Positions 47,680 through 56,869 of a stretch of DNA of 64,000 nucleotides are shown here, in pieces. The notes under the pieces were generated by a model, which made no database searches, was not told the DNA's origin, and saw only the letters and a list, made by a program, of their open reading frames with translations. The stretch is from Clostridiales bacterium (GTDB taxonomy: Bacteria > Bacillota > Clostridia > Clostridiales > Clostridiaceae), in NCBI GenBank assembly GCA_012520205.1, contig JAAYOT010000160.1:14213-78212 (forward strand), read 5' to 3'. The first letter of the stretch is position 1. Each line of letters opens with the position of its first letter. A program made the position numbers and the translations under genes.

Positions 47680-48729
47680 ATGGAAAGAAGAAAAACAAGA
47701 AAATTAAAAGTTGGAAATGTTTATGTTGGTGGAGATGCAAAAATAACAATACAATCTATGACCAACACAGATACAAGAGATGTAGAAGCAACTATTGCAC
47801 AAATAAGAGAATTAAATATTGCAGGCTGTGATATCATAAGATGTGCAGTTCCAGATATGAAAGCGGCAGAAGCCTTAAAGGAAATTTGCATTCAGTCACC
47901 AATTCCAGTAGTTGCAGATATACATTTTGATTATAAATTAGCTCTTAAAGCAATAGAAAATGGAGTTTCAGCTTTAAGAATAAATCCTGGAAATATTGGG
48001 AATGAGGAAAAAGTAAAGGCCGTTGCTGAGGCTGCAAAAGCTAAGAATATTCCAATAAGAATAGGTGTAAATTCAGGATCTTTAGAAAAGGATATTTTAC
48101 AAAGAGATGGAAAGCCTACTGCAAAGGGGTTAGTAGAATCAGCCTTAAGACATGTTAAAATATTAGAAGATTTAGAATTTTATGATATAGCAATTTCAAT
48201 AAAATCTTCAGATGTTGTTATGATGATTGAGGCCTATAGACTAATGAGTAAGTCTTGTGATTATCCGCTGCACTTAGGTGTAACTGAGTCAGGAACGCCT
48301 TTTAGAGGAACAATAAAATCAAGTATAGGCCTTGGTACTTTACTAGCAGAAGGTATAGGAGATACTGTTAGAGTTTCCCTAACAAGTGATCCTATAGAGG
48401 AAGTAAGAGTTGCAAAAGAAATACTAAAAGCCTTAAAACTTAAAGAAACAGGTTTAGAATTTGTATCTTGCCCAACTTGTGGAAGAACTCAAATTAAGCT
48501 AATTGAAATAGCAAAAGAAGTTGAAAAAAGATTAGAAAATATAAATAAAAATATTAAGGTTGCTGTAATGGGATGTGCAGTTAATGGTCCAGGAGAAGCA
48601 AGAGAAGCAGATATTGGAATAGCTGGAGGAAATGGCGAGGGCTTAATCTTTAAGAAAGGTAAAATTGTAAGGAAGGTTAAGGAAGAAGATTTAATAGAAG
48701 AATTGATGAAGGAAATAGAAAATTTATAA
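47680..48729 (+). CDS. ispG: 4-hydroxy-3-methylbut-2-enyl diphosphate synthase
   Basis: 349 aa with [11 protein letters not shown] and Fe-S cluster Cys ligands (SCPTCGR ... GCAVNGPGE). Confidence 0.96.
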   Translation: MERRKTRKLKVGNVYVGGDAKITIQSMTNTDTRDVEATIAQIRELNIAGCDIIRCAVPDMKAAEALKEICIQSPIPVVADIHFDYKLALKAIENGVSALRINPGNIGNEEKVKAVAEAAKAKNIPIRIGVNSGSLEKDILQRDGKPTAKGLVESALRHVKILEDLEFYDIAISIKSSDVVMMIEAYRLMSKSCDYPLHLGVTESGTPFRGTIKSSIGLGTLLAEGIGDTVRVSLTSDPIEEVRVAKEILKALKLKETGLEFVSCPTCGRTQIKLIEIAKEVEKRLENINKNIKVAVMGCAVNGPGEAREADIGIAGGNGEGLIFKKGKIVRKVKEEDLIEELMKEIENL

Positions 48730-48776
48730 TATAAATTTCAATATATTCCGTTCTCTATCAATATTTTAAATTTTCC

Positions 48777-48805
48777 TTGTATTAATATTTAAATTATGTT
48801 AGGAT
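48777..48805 (+). promoter_or_regulatory. promoter-like element inside the ispG-rimP spacer
   Basis: TTGTAT - 17 nt - TAGGAT with a TGn extension. It shares AAATTATGTTA with the rplS promoter candidate. Confidence 0.35.
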
Positions 48806-48840
48806 AAACATAAGAAGTAATTTACTAATAGCTAGAATTT

Positions 48841-48875
48841 GGGAGTGGGATATTAAATACCCGCTCTTTCTATTT
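48841..48875 (+). terminator. GC-rich hairpin followed by a U-rich tail (first of two tandem terminator-like hairpins)
   Basis: GGGAGTGGG / CCCGCTCTT stem (7 strong pairs plus G-U pairs) with a 10-nt loop, followed by TCTATTT. Confidence 0.45.
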
Positions 48876-48879
48876 AATT

Positions 48880-48903
48880 GCAACTAAAATAGTTGCTTTT
48901 TTT
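48880..48903 (+). terminator. intrinsic terminator (second of the tandem pair)
   Basis: GCAACT-AAAAT-AGTTGC followed by TTTTTTT. Confidence 0.75.
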
Positions 48904-48911
48904 ATAGAATA

Positions 48912-48940
48912 TTGGGAAAACTTCTATTATAGCTTATAAT
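48912..48940 (+). promoter_or_regulatory. candidate sigma-A promoter for the rimP-nusA-infB operon
   Basis: TTGGGA - 17 nt - TATAAT, 30 nt upstream of the rimP ATG. Confidence 0.55.
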
Positions 48941-48970
48941 CTACAAAATCATTTTAAAAGGAGGTTTAAT

Positions 48971-49435
48971 ATGAAGGTTGATTTATTAGTTAATGAAATT
49001 GATCAATTAGTAAGACCTGTAGCAGAACAATTAAATTTAGAAATTTATCACGTTGAATATGTAAAAGAGGATGGTAATTATTACTTAAGAATATATATTG
49101 ATAAAGAAGGCGGTGGCATAACTTTATCAGATTGTGAAGCTATGTCTAGAAGAGTAAGTGACATAATGGATGAAAAGGATCCAATAAAGGAAGCTTACTA
49201 TTTAGAAGTGTCTTCTCCAGGATTAAATAGAAGGCTATATACAGATGATCATTATAAAAAGCAAATTGAAAAAGAAATTCAAGTTAAGCTATCAAAGGGA
49301 CTTAATGGCAAAAAAACTTTTAAAGGAATATTAAAAGAAGTAAAGGATGATTCAGTTATCTTAGAAGAAGCTGGAGAACTTATAGATATTCCTAAAGAAA
49401 AAATAAAATCAGCCAATTTAGAAGGGGAAATATAA
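48971..49435 (+). CDS. rimP: ribosome maturation factor RimP
   Basis: 154 aa with LRIYIDK and EVSSPGLNR. It is followed by nusA. Confidence 0.94.
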   Translation: MKVDLLVNEIDQLVRPVAEQLNLEIYHVEYVKEDGNYYLRIYIDKEGGGITLSDCEAMSRRVSDIMDEKDPIKEAYYLEVSSPGLNRRLYTDDHYKKQIEKEIQVKLSKGLNGKKTFKGILKEVKDDSVILEEAGELIDIPKEKIKSANLEGEI

Positions 49436-49451
49436 TAAGGAGGATATTAAA

Positions 49452-50573
49452 ATGAATGAAGAGTTTATAGGCGCTCTTAAAGAAATAGTAAAAGAAAAGG
49501 GGATTAGCGAAGAACTTTTATTTACAACAATTGAAGATGCGCTAGTTGCAGCGTACAAGAAAAATTATGCAGGCCCAACAACTTCAGCGCAAAATGTAAA
49601 GGTAAATATAAATAGAGAAAATGGAGAAATCCATGTATATGCTCAAAAAGTAGTTGTAGAAGATGTATATGATGATATAACAGAAATCAGTCTAGAAGAG
49701 GCAAAAGCTATAAGTCCTAGATATGATTTAGATGATATAGTGGATTTAGAAGTTACACCTAAAAACTTTGGTAGAGTTGCTGCCCAACTAGCTAAAGGCG
49801 TGGTAACACAAAGAATAAGAGAAGCAGAAAGAAATGCTATATATACAGAATTAAAGGAATTAGAATATGACATAATTACTGGTACAGTACTTAGAAAAGA
49901 TAAAGGAAATGTGTTTATTAACCTTGGCAGAATTGAAACAACTGTAGGACCTAATGAACAAATTCCTGGAGAAGAATATAACTTTAATGAAAAAGTAAAA
50001 CTATATGTTGTTGAGGTTAAAAATGGATCAAAGGGTGCTCAAATAATAGTTTCAAGAACTCACCCAGGTCTTGTAAAAAGATTATTTGAATTAGAAGTTC
50101 CAGAAATATATAACGGTGTTGTAGAAATAAAAAGTATTTCAAGGGAAGCAGGATCAAGAAGTAAGATAGCTGTTTATTCCCATGATGAAAATATTGATCC
50201 AATGGGAGCTTGTGTTGGACCAAGAGGTGCAAGAGTCCAAAAAATCGTTGATGAACTTAAGGGAGAAAAAATTGACATAATAAAATGGAGCAAAGACCCA
50301 GAAGAATTTATAGCAGCATCCCTTAGCCCAGCAAAGGTGTTAGAAGTAACTGCTGATGAAGAAACAAAGTCAGCTAAGGTAGTAGTTGAGGATAACCAAT
50401 TATCATTAGCAATTGGTAAAGAAGGTCAAAATGTAAGACTTGCAGCAAAATTAACTAATTGGAAAATAGATATAAAAAGTAAATCACAAGCTGAAGCTTT
50501 AAAAGAAGAAGCAGAGAATATTGAAGAAATAGAAAATGATGAAGAAGTAGAAAATTTATCATTTGAAGAATAG
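49452..50573 (+). CDS. nusA: transcription termination/antitermination factor NusA
   Basis: 373 aa with NTD, S1, KH1 and KH2 domains (LAIGKEGQNVRLAAKLT). Confidence 0.97.
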   Translation: MNEEFIGALKEIVKEKGISEELLFTTIEDALVAAYKKNYAGPTTSAQNVKVNINRENGEIHVYAQKVVVEDVYDDITEISLEEAKAISPRYDLDDIVDLEVTPKNFGRVAAQLAKGVVTQRIREAERNAIYTELKELEYDIITGTVLRKDKGNVFINLGRIETTVGPNEQIPGEEYNFNEKVKLYVVEVKNGSKGAQIIVSRTHPGLVKRLFELEVPEIYNGVVEIKSISREAGSRSKIAVYSHDENIDPMGACVGPRGARVQKIVDELKGEKIDIIKWSKDPEEFIAASLSPAKVLEVTADEETKSAKVVVEDNQLSLAIGKEGQNVRLAAKLTNWKIDIKSKSQAEALKEEAENIEEIENDEEVENLSFEE

Positions 50574-50585
50574 GGAGGATTTTTT

Positions 50586-50852
50586 ATGAGAGTAAAGAAA
50601 ATTCCTTTAAGAAAGTGTACTGGATGTATGGAAATGAAGCCTAAAAAAGAGTTAATAAGGGTTGTAAAAAGTCCTGACTTAGAGGTTTCAGTAGACTTAA
50701 CTGGTAAGAAATCCGGTAGAGGAGCTTATATCTGTAGAGATCAAGACTGCTTAGAAAAAGCTTTTAATACAAAAAGACTTAGTAGAAGTTTAGACATTGC
50801 AATTGATGAAACTGTTTATAATAGATTAAAGGAAGAAATAATAAATGAATAA
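50586..50852 (+). CDS. ylxR: YlxR/DUF448 RNA-binding protein
   Basis: 88 aa with RKCTGCMEMKPKKELIRVV ... GRGAYIC. Confidence 0.9.
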   Translation: MRVKKIPLRKCTGCMEMKPKKELIRVVKSPDLEVSVDLTGKKSGRGAYICRDQDCLEKAFNTKRLSRSLDIAIDETVYNRLKEEIINE

Positions 50853-51150
50853 GTTTTTTAATTTTCTAGGATTAGCAAAAAGAGCTGGCAGCTTAATAGA
50901 AGGTTATAGTAAATGCAATGAACAAAGAAATAAAAAAGATATCTATTTATTTATAATTTCAAAGGATGCATCAGAAAGTACAAAAAAGAAATTTACTAAT
51001 CATTGCAAAATAAAAAATATAAAATGTATAGAAGATTTCACAAAAGAAGAACTGGGTGTTTCTATAGGTAGAGAAGAAGTAAAAATTTTAGCTGTGTCCG
51101 ATGAGAATATAGCTAAAAAACTCTATGCCCTTTATGAAGAGGAAAAATAA
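50845..51150 (+). CDS. L7Ae-family RNA-binding protein (YlxQ-like)
   Basis: 101 aa with an L7Ae/L30e-like fold pattern. It sits in the conserved slot between ylxR and infB. Confidence 0.85.
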   Translation: MNKFFNFLGLAKRAGSLIEGYSKCNEQRNKKDIYLFIISKDASESTKKKFTNHCKIKNIKCIEDFTKEELGVSIGREEVKILAVSDENIAKKLYALYEEEK

Positions 51151-51173
51151 AAATTTAATCGGGGGTGTTTTTA

Positions 51174-53240
51174 TTGTCAAAAATAAGAGTATATGAATTG
51201 GCAAAAGAACTGGAAATTAGTTCGAAAGAACTTATAGAACTATTAATGAATGAATTTAGTATTGATGTTAAAAATCATATGAGCGTAATAGAAGAGGAAG
51301 ACGCAGAGTTAATTAAAGAATTACTTGCAGAAAAAGAAAAAGACTCTGAACCAAAAAATATTGTAGATGAATATGAAGAACAAATAGCAGAAGAAGTTAA
51401 TAATCAAGCTAAAAAGAAAAAGAAGAAAAAGAATAGCAAAAAAGAAGAAGAACCTGAAATTACATCAGAGGTTATTGAAATCGGAGAAACTATAACTGTA
51501 AAAGAATTAGCAGAAAAATTAGGCAAACCAGTTGCAGATGTTATAAGAACCTTAATATTTACAGGTGTTATGGCAGCTATTAACCAAGAAATTGATTTTG
51601 AAACTGCGGAAAAAGTTTGTGAAAAATATGAATGCCTAGCAGTTAAGAAGGAAGAAACAGAAGAACTAGAAGATTTAAATATAGAAGAAGATTTAAATAT
51701 AGAAGAAGATGTAAATGAAGCAAATCTTGTAAAAAGACCTCCTGTTATTACTGTAATGGGACACGTTGACCATGGTAAAACTTCTTTGCTTGACTATATT
51801 AGAAAAGCTCATGTTACATCAAGTGAAGCAGGTGGAATAACACAGCATATAGGTGCTTACACAGTTAGTCTTAATGGAGAAAAGCTAACTTTCCTTGATA
51901 CACCAGGTCACGAGGCTTTTACAGCAATGAGAGCAAGAGGTGCTCAAATAACAGATGTAGTTATCTTAGTTGTTGCAGCAGATGATGGATTAATGCCTCA
52001 AACAAAAGAAGCAATAAGTCACTGTAAGGCTGCTAATGTTCCAATGATAGTTGCAATAAACAAAATAGATAGAGAAGGCGCTAATGTAGATAGAGTTAAG
52101 CAAGAACTATCAGAAGTAGAAGTTCTTATTGAAGAGTGGGGTGGAGACACTATTGCTGTACCTGTTTCAGCAAAAACTGGTGAAAACATCGACCAACTAT
52201 TAGAAATGGTATTATTAACAGCTGAAATGTCAGAGCTTAAGGCAGATCCAAAGAGAAAAGCAAAAGGTACTGTAATTGATGCTAAATTAGATAAAGGAAG
52301 AGGTTCAGTAGCCTCTCTACTTGTTCAAAGTGGTACATTAAATGTAGGAGATTCTATATTAGTAGGTAATACTTACGGAAGAATAAGAGCTATGTTCGAC
52401 GATAAAGGAAAGAAAATTAAAACAGCAGGTCCATCAATACCAGTAGAAATACTAGGTCTTTCAGAAGTACCAGAAGCTGGGGATAGATTTATTGTTGTAA
52501 AAGATGAAAAAACTGCTAGAAACATGGCTGAAAAAAGAAAAGAGAAGATTAAAGATGAAAGCTTCCGTGCAAGCAATAGAGTTTCTCTTGAAGATCTATA
52601 CAACCAAATTAAAGAAGGTAATGTAAAAGAACTTAGCATAATAGTAAAGGCCGATGTACAAGGAACAGTTCAAGCTATAAAACAATCCTTAGAAAAACTT
52701 TCAACTGATGATGTAAAAGTTAGAGTTATCCATGGTGGAGTTGGTGCAATAACAGAAACAGATGTTAGCTTAGCTACGGCTTCAAATGCATTACTTATAG
52801 GATTTAATGTAAGACCAGATTCAAATGCAACAGCAGCAGCTGAAAAAGAAGAAGTTGAAATTAAAACTTATAGAGTAATATATGATGCTATAGAAGATGT
52901 TAAATCTGCTATGATAGGAATGCTTGATCCAGAATACAAAGAAGTAGTAAATGGAAAGGCAGAAGTAAGAGCAACTTATAAGATTTCTAGCATAGGAACT
53001 ATTGCTGGTGCATATGTTCTTGATGGTAAAATAATTAGAAATTCAGAAGTTAGAGTAATAAGAGATGGAATAGTAATATTTGAATCAAAGCTTGCATCCC
53101 TTAAGAGATTTAAAGACGACGTAAAAGAAGTTGGAACTGGATATGAATGTGGATTAAGCGTTGAAAGATTCAATGATATAAAAGAAGGGGATATAATAGA
53201 ATCATTTACTATACAAGCAATCCAAAGAAAAAAGCTTTAA
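51174..53240 (+). CDS. infB: translation initiation factor IF-2
   Basis: TTG 51174, 6 nt after GGGGGTG, gives the canonical N-terminus [13 protein letters not shown]. The GTPase motifs [13 protein letters not shown] and NKID are present. Confidence 0.96.
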   Translation: MSKIRVYELAKELEISSKELIELLMNEFSIDVKNHMSVIEEEDAELIKELLAEKEKDSEPKNIVDEYEEQIAEEVNNQAKKKKKKKNSKKEEEPEITSEVIEIGETITVKELAEKLGKPVADVIRTLIFTGVMAAINQEIDFETAEKVCEKYECLAVKKEETEELEDLNIEEDLNIEEDVNEANLVKRPPVITVMGHVDHGKTSLLDYIRKAHVTSSEAGGITQHIGAYTVSLNGEKLTFLDTPGHEAFTAMRARGAQITDVVILVVAADDGLMPQTKEAISHCKAANVPMIVAINKIDREGANVDRVKQELSEVEVLIEEWGGDTIAVPVSAKTGENIDQLLEMVLLTAEMSELKADPKRKAKGTVIDAKLDKGRGSVASLLVQSGTLNVGDSILVGNTYGRIRAMFDDKGKKIKTAGPSIPVEILGLSEVPEAGDRFIVVKDEKTARNMAEKRKEKIKDESFRASNRVSLEDLYNQIKEGNVKELSIIVKADVQGTVQAIKQSLEKLSTDDVKVRVIHGGVGAITETDVSLATASNALLIGFNVRPDSNATAAAEKEEVEIKTYRVIYDAIEDVKSAMIGMLDPEYKEVVNGKAEVRATYKISSIGTIAGAYVLDGKIIRNSEVRVIRDGIVIFESKLASLKRFKDDVKEVGTGYECGLSVERFNDIKEGDIIESFTIQAIQRKKL

Positions 53241-53256
53241 TAGAGAGGTGATTTAA

Positions 53257-53607
53257 ATGGCTAATTATAGAAGCGGAAGAATTAACGAAGAAGTTAAGAG
53301 AGAAATAAGCATCATAATAAGAGATGAAATAAAAGACCCTAGAATGACTGGAATGGTATCAATAACATCAGTTAAAGTAACTAAAGATTTAAGTTACGCC
53401 AAGGTATATGTAAGTATATTTGCAAAAAATGATGAAGAAAAAAATGAAACATTCCAAGCATTAAAAAGTGCAAGCGGATATGTAAGAAGAGAAATAAGCC
53501 ATAGAATGAATTTAAGAAATACACCACAAATACTTTTTGAATTAGATGATTCAATAAGCTACGGAATGAGAATCGATGAACTTATAGAAAAGGGAAGGTC
53601 AAGATAG
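53257..53607 (+). CDS. rbfA: ribosome-binding factor A
   Basis: 116 aa with RINEEVKREISIII. Confidence 0.95.
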   Translation: MANYRSGRINEEVKREISIIIRDEIKDPRMTGMVSITSVKVTKDLSYAKVYVSIFAKNDEEKNETFQALKSASGYVRREISHRMNLRNTPQILFELDDSISYGMRIDELIEKGRSR

Positions 53608-54581
53608 TGAATTCCTTAGAAGAAATAAGTAAAGAGTTATTAAGAAGTAATAAAATAGGCATTACCTACCATGCATCACCAGATGGTGATGCAGTAGGTA
53701 GTGCACTTGCACTTTTAAATGGACTTAGAATTTTAAAAAAAGATGTATATTTAATTTCAAAAGATCTTATCTCAGAAAATCTTCAGTTTTTAAAGGGTTC
53801 TAATGAAGCTACTGGAAAAATTATTAGTCCAGAGGATGATACAGAAATAGTAGTTGTTTTAGACTGTGGAAATTACGATAGAATTTCTGCAGATCTTTAT
53901 AATTACAAAGGTGAAGTAATAAATATTGATCATCATGTTAGTAATGAAAAGTATGGAGATAAAAACTATATAGATATAAAGGCAGCTGCAACAGCAGAAG
54001 TTGTTTTTGAATTGCTTGAAAAACTAGGCATAAATTTTCAAGAAGAAAAGGATGAAATAAGAGAAATTGCAACATGCCTTTATACTTCATTAGTAACAGA
54101 TACTGGTGCTTTTAGACATTCAAATGTAACATCTAGAACTCATTTAATAGCTTCAAAACTAAAAAATCTTGGAGTTAATAATACTAATATATATCAAAAT
54201 CTTTTTGATAATAATACCTTTGAAAAAATGAAACTAATAGGAAAAGCATTAAGTAATATAGAGCTATTATTTAATGGTAAAGCTGCTTTAGTAAGAATTC
54301 CAATGTCTTATGGGGAAGAACTAGGTATAGAAATTGGAGATACTTCAGATATTATTTCCTTTGCTCTGCAAATAAAAGGTATAGAAGTAGCAATTTTAAT
54401 TAAGGAAATAGAAAATGCTTCAAAAGTAAGTCTTAGATCAAAAAATAATTTTGATGTTAGGGAAATTGCTGAAAGTTTAGGTGGCGGAGGACATGTTAAA
54501 GCTGCTGGAATAACACTAAAGAACATAAGTCTAAAAGAAGCTGAGGAAAAAGTACTAAAGGAAATAGGGAAAGTGTTTTAA
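53607..54581 (+). CDS. nrnA: DHH/DHHA1 phosphoesterase (NrnA-like oligoribonuclease/pAp phosphatase)
   Basis: 324 aa with HASPDGDAVGS, DCG, DHH and GGGH motifs. The GTG start shares one base with the rbfA stop (TAGTG). Confidence 0.88.
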   Translation: MNSLEEISKELLRSNKIGITYHASPDGDAVGSALALLNGLRILKKDVYLISKDLISENLQFLKGSNEATGKIISPEDDTEIVVVLDCGNYDRISADLYNYKGEVINIDHHVSNEKYGDKNYIDIKAAATAEVVFELLEKLGINFQEEKDEIREIATCLYTSLVTDTGAFRHSNVTSRTHLIASKLKNLGVNNTNIYQNLFDNNTFEKMKLIGKALSNIELLFNGKAALVRIPMSYGEELGIEIGDTSDIISFALQIKGIEVAILIKEIENASKVSLRSKNNFDVREIAESLGGGGHVKAAGITLKNISLKEAEEKVLKEIGKVF

Positions 54582-54582
54582 T

Positions 54583-55461
54583 ATGGATGGAGTAATTAAT
54601 GTTTATAAGAATAAAGGAATGACCTCCTTTGATGTAGTAAGAAAAATCAAGAAAATAGCAGGTACAGGGAAAGTAGGCCATACCGGCACTCTTGACCCAG
54701 AAGCCTGCGGTGTGTTACCAATTTGCATTGGAAAAGCTACTAAAATAATTGATTATATTATGAATTCCGATAAAGTGTATGAAGTTGAATTTAAGCTTGG
54801 AATAAAAACAACTACCTATGATTTAGAAGGAGAGATAATTGAGGAAAAGGACCCATCAAGCTTAACAGATAAGGAAATAGAAGAGGCTGTTAAATTATTT
54901 GTTGGTGAATATTCTCAAGTTCCTCCTATGTATTCTGCTTTAAAACAAAATGGAGTAAGGCTTTATGAATTAGCCAGAAAGGGAATAGAAGTTCCTAGGG
55001 AAGGCAGACTCATAAATATAAAAGAAATTACCGATATAAGTATTAAAAATCCCTATATAAGAATGAAGGTAAAATGCTCAAAAGGAACATATATAAGAAG
55101 TCTTTGTTATGATATTGGAGAAAAATTAAAAGTTGGAGCCACAATGACAGACTTAAAAAGAACTAAAACTTCAAATTTTTCTGAGGAAGAATCTATAAAT
55201 ATCAACGACTTAACTTCCGATAATATAAAAGACCATATTATTAGTATAGATAAAGCCTTAGCTTCTTACCATAAGCTTACTGTTTCAAATAAATTTTCAA
55301 AGTTATTGATAAATGGTGTTAGGGTTTTTGACAAAAGACTTACAAAGAGTAAGATAGAAGTTGGAAAGTTATATAGAGTATATGATGAAAATGAAAAATT
55401 TATAGGCCTTGGAAAAGCAGATATTAAGGGGTTTAAAATTGAAAAATTACTTATTATTTAG
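54583..55461 (+). CDS. truB: tRNA pseudouridine55 synthase
   Basis: 292 aa with GHTGTLDPEACGVLPI and a PUA-like C-terminus. Confidence 0.96.
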   Translation: MDGVINVYKNKGMTSFDVVRKIKKIAGTGKVGHTGTLDPEACGVLPICIGKATKIIDYIMNSDKVYEVEFKLGIKTTTYDLEGEIIEEKDPSSLTDKEIEEAVKLFVGEYSQVPPMYSALKQNGVRLYELARKGIEVPREGRLINIKEITDISIKNPYIRMKVKCSKGTYIRSLCYDIGEKLKVGATMTDLKRTKTSNFSEEESININDLTSDNIKDHIISIDKALASYHKLTVSNKFSKLLINGVRVFDKRLTKSKIEVGKLYRVYDENEKFIGLGKADIKGFKIEKLLII

Positions 55462-55470
55462 GGGGATAGT

Positions 55471-56406
55471 ATGATAGTAGTTGATGATGATATAAATAAA
55501 GAAGATAAAAAAAAGCCTAATTATGTTGCATTAGGAAGTTTTGATGGTCTTCATTATGGACATTTATCCCTTCTAAGGAAGACAGTTGAGATTTCTAAAA
55601 AGAATAATGGAAATAGCATGGTATTTACATATAAAAATCATCCGAAAACCTTAATTAATCCAGAGAAAGTCCCCAGATTAATTATGGATACAGAAACTAA
55701 GATAAAATGCCTAGAAGAAGAAAAGATAGATATTGTGGTGCTAAAAGAATTTACAAAAGAATTTATGCAAATTCAACCAGAGGATTTTATTAAGATGCTC
55801 TGTGAAAAATACAATATTAAGGGCATTATAGTTGGATTTAATTTTAAGTTTGGTCATAAAAATTTAGGTGATACAAATTTATTAGAGGCTCTTAAAAATA
55901 AATATGGTTATGAACTGTTTGTTATGGAACCTTATACTTATAAAGATGAAATAATAAGCAGCAGCAGAATAAGAAAGACTATATCTGATGGTGAAGTAGA
56001 AGAAGCTTCAAAAATGCTATCAAGATATTATTCAATTAAGGGGAAAATAATTCATGGCAAAAAACTAGGAAGAACTATAGGTTTCCCTACTGCTAACATG
56101 GAAGTTAATCATGAAAATGTTATTCCAAAAAAAGGCGTATATTATACTAATGTTGAATTTAATAATAAAATTTACAAGGGAATAACTTCCGTTGGGAATA
56201 ATCCAACGGTAAATGGGAAAGAATTAACCATAGAGACCTTTATTCTAAATTTCGAAGAAACAATATATGAAAAAGAAATAAGGCTGTATTTTATTAGCCG
56301 AATGCGAGATGAAATAAAATTTAATAGTCTAGATGAGCTTATAAACCAGCTAAAAAAAGATGAAGCCTATGCTAAAGGTAAAGATATAGAAATTAAAATT
56401 ATGTAA
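55471..56406 (+). CDS. ribF: bifunctional riboflavin kinase / FMN adenylyltransferase
   Basis: 311 aa with ALGSFDGLHYGH (FMNAT domain) and GFPTAN (kinase domain). Confidence 0.95.
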   Translation: MIVVDDDINKEDKKKPNYVALGSFDGLHYGHLSLLRKTVEISKKNNGNSMVFTYKNHPKTLINPEKVPRLIMDTETKIKCLEEEKIDIVVLKEFTKEFMQIQPEDFIKMLCEKYNIKGIIVGFNFKFGHKNLGDTNLLEALKNKYGYELFVMEPYTYKDEIISSSRIRKTISDGEVEEASKMLSRYYSIKGKIIHGKKLGRTIGFPTANMEVNHENVIPKKGVYYTNVEFNNKIYKGITSVGNNPTVNGKELTIETFILNFEETIYEKEIRLYFISRMRDEIKFNSLDELINQLKKDEAYAKGKDIEIKIM

Positions 56407-56414
56407 AATAATAA

Positions 56415-56443
56415 TTTACAATATAATTATCATTTGTTATAAT
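56415..56443 (+). promoter_or_regulatory. candidate sigma-A promoter for rpsO
   Basis: TTTACA - 17 nt - TATAAT with a TGn extension. Confidence 0.6.
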
Positions 56444-56526
56444 ATCAAATGAAGAACCTAATTCTAAGATGTGAGGGTGCCGTCTCATTTCATGGATTTA
56501 GGGGATAATATTATGGAGGTGCGAAA
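56444..56526 (+). promoter_or_regulatory. rpsO 5' leader (possible S15 autoregulatory RNA)
   Basis: About 80-nt leader with a locally GC-rich segment (GTGAGGGTGCCGTCTCAT). S15 is known to regulate its own mRNA in several phyla. The structure was not verified here. Confidence 0.3.
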
Positions 56527-56790
56527 ATGGACGCAATAAGAAAGCAAGAAATAATCAAAGAATATGGAAGACATGAAGGAGATACTGGATCACCAGAAGT
56601 ACAAATTGCTTTATTAACAGAAAGAATCAATTCTTTAACTGGTCACTTAAAGCAACACAAAAAAGACCACCACTCAAGAAGAGGTCTTTTAATGATGGTA
56701 GGACAAAGAAGAGGTCTTCTAAACTATTTAGCTGATCAAGATATCGAAAGATATAGATCAATAATAAAAAGATTAGGCTTAAGAAGATAG
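56527..56790 (+). CDS. rpsO: 30S ribosomal protein S15
   Basis: 87 aa with [17 protein letters not shown] and [12 protein letters not shown]. Confidence 0.97.
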   Translation: MDAIRKQEIIKEYGRHEGDTGSPEVQIALLTERINSLTGHLKQHKKDHHSRRGLLMMVGQRRGLLNYLADQDIERYRSIIKRLGLRR

Positions 56791-56794
56791 TCTT

Positions 56795-56825
56795 TAGAGC
56801 GGTTTTTAAGCCGCTCTATTATTTT
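56795..56825 (+). terminator. hairpin/terminator between rpsO and pnp
   Basis: TAGAGCGG ... CCGCTCTA stem followed by TTATTTT. Confidence 0.7.
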
Positions 56826-56869
56826 AATTATTTTAAAATGGTATAAGAAGACCGAAAGGAGGTTACAAA

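Noticed and set aside
56513-56539. 8-codon uORF (MEVRKWTQ) overlapping the rpsO start in another frame.
   Set aside because: Its ATG is part of the rpsO SD region (ATGGAGGTG) and has only a weak SD-like AGGGGA upstream. Nothing suggests coding beyond chance.
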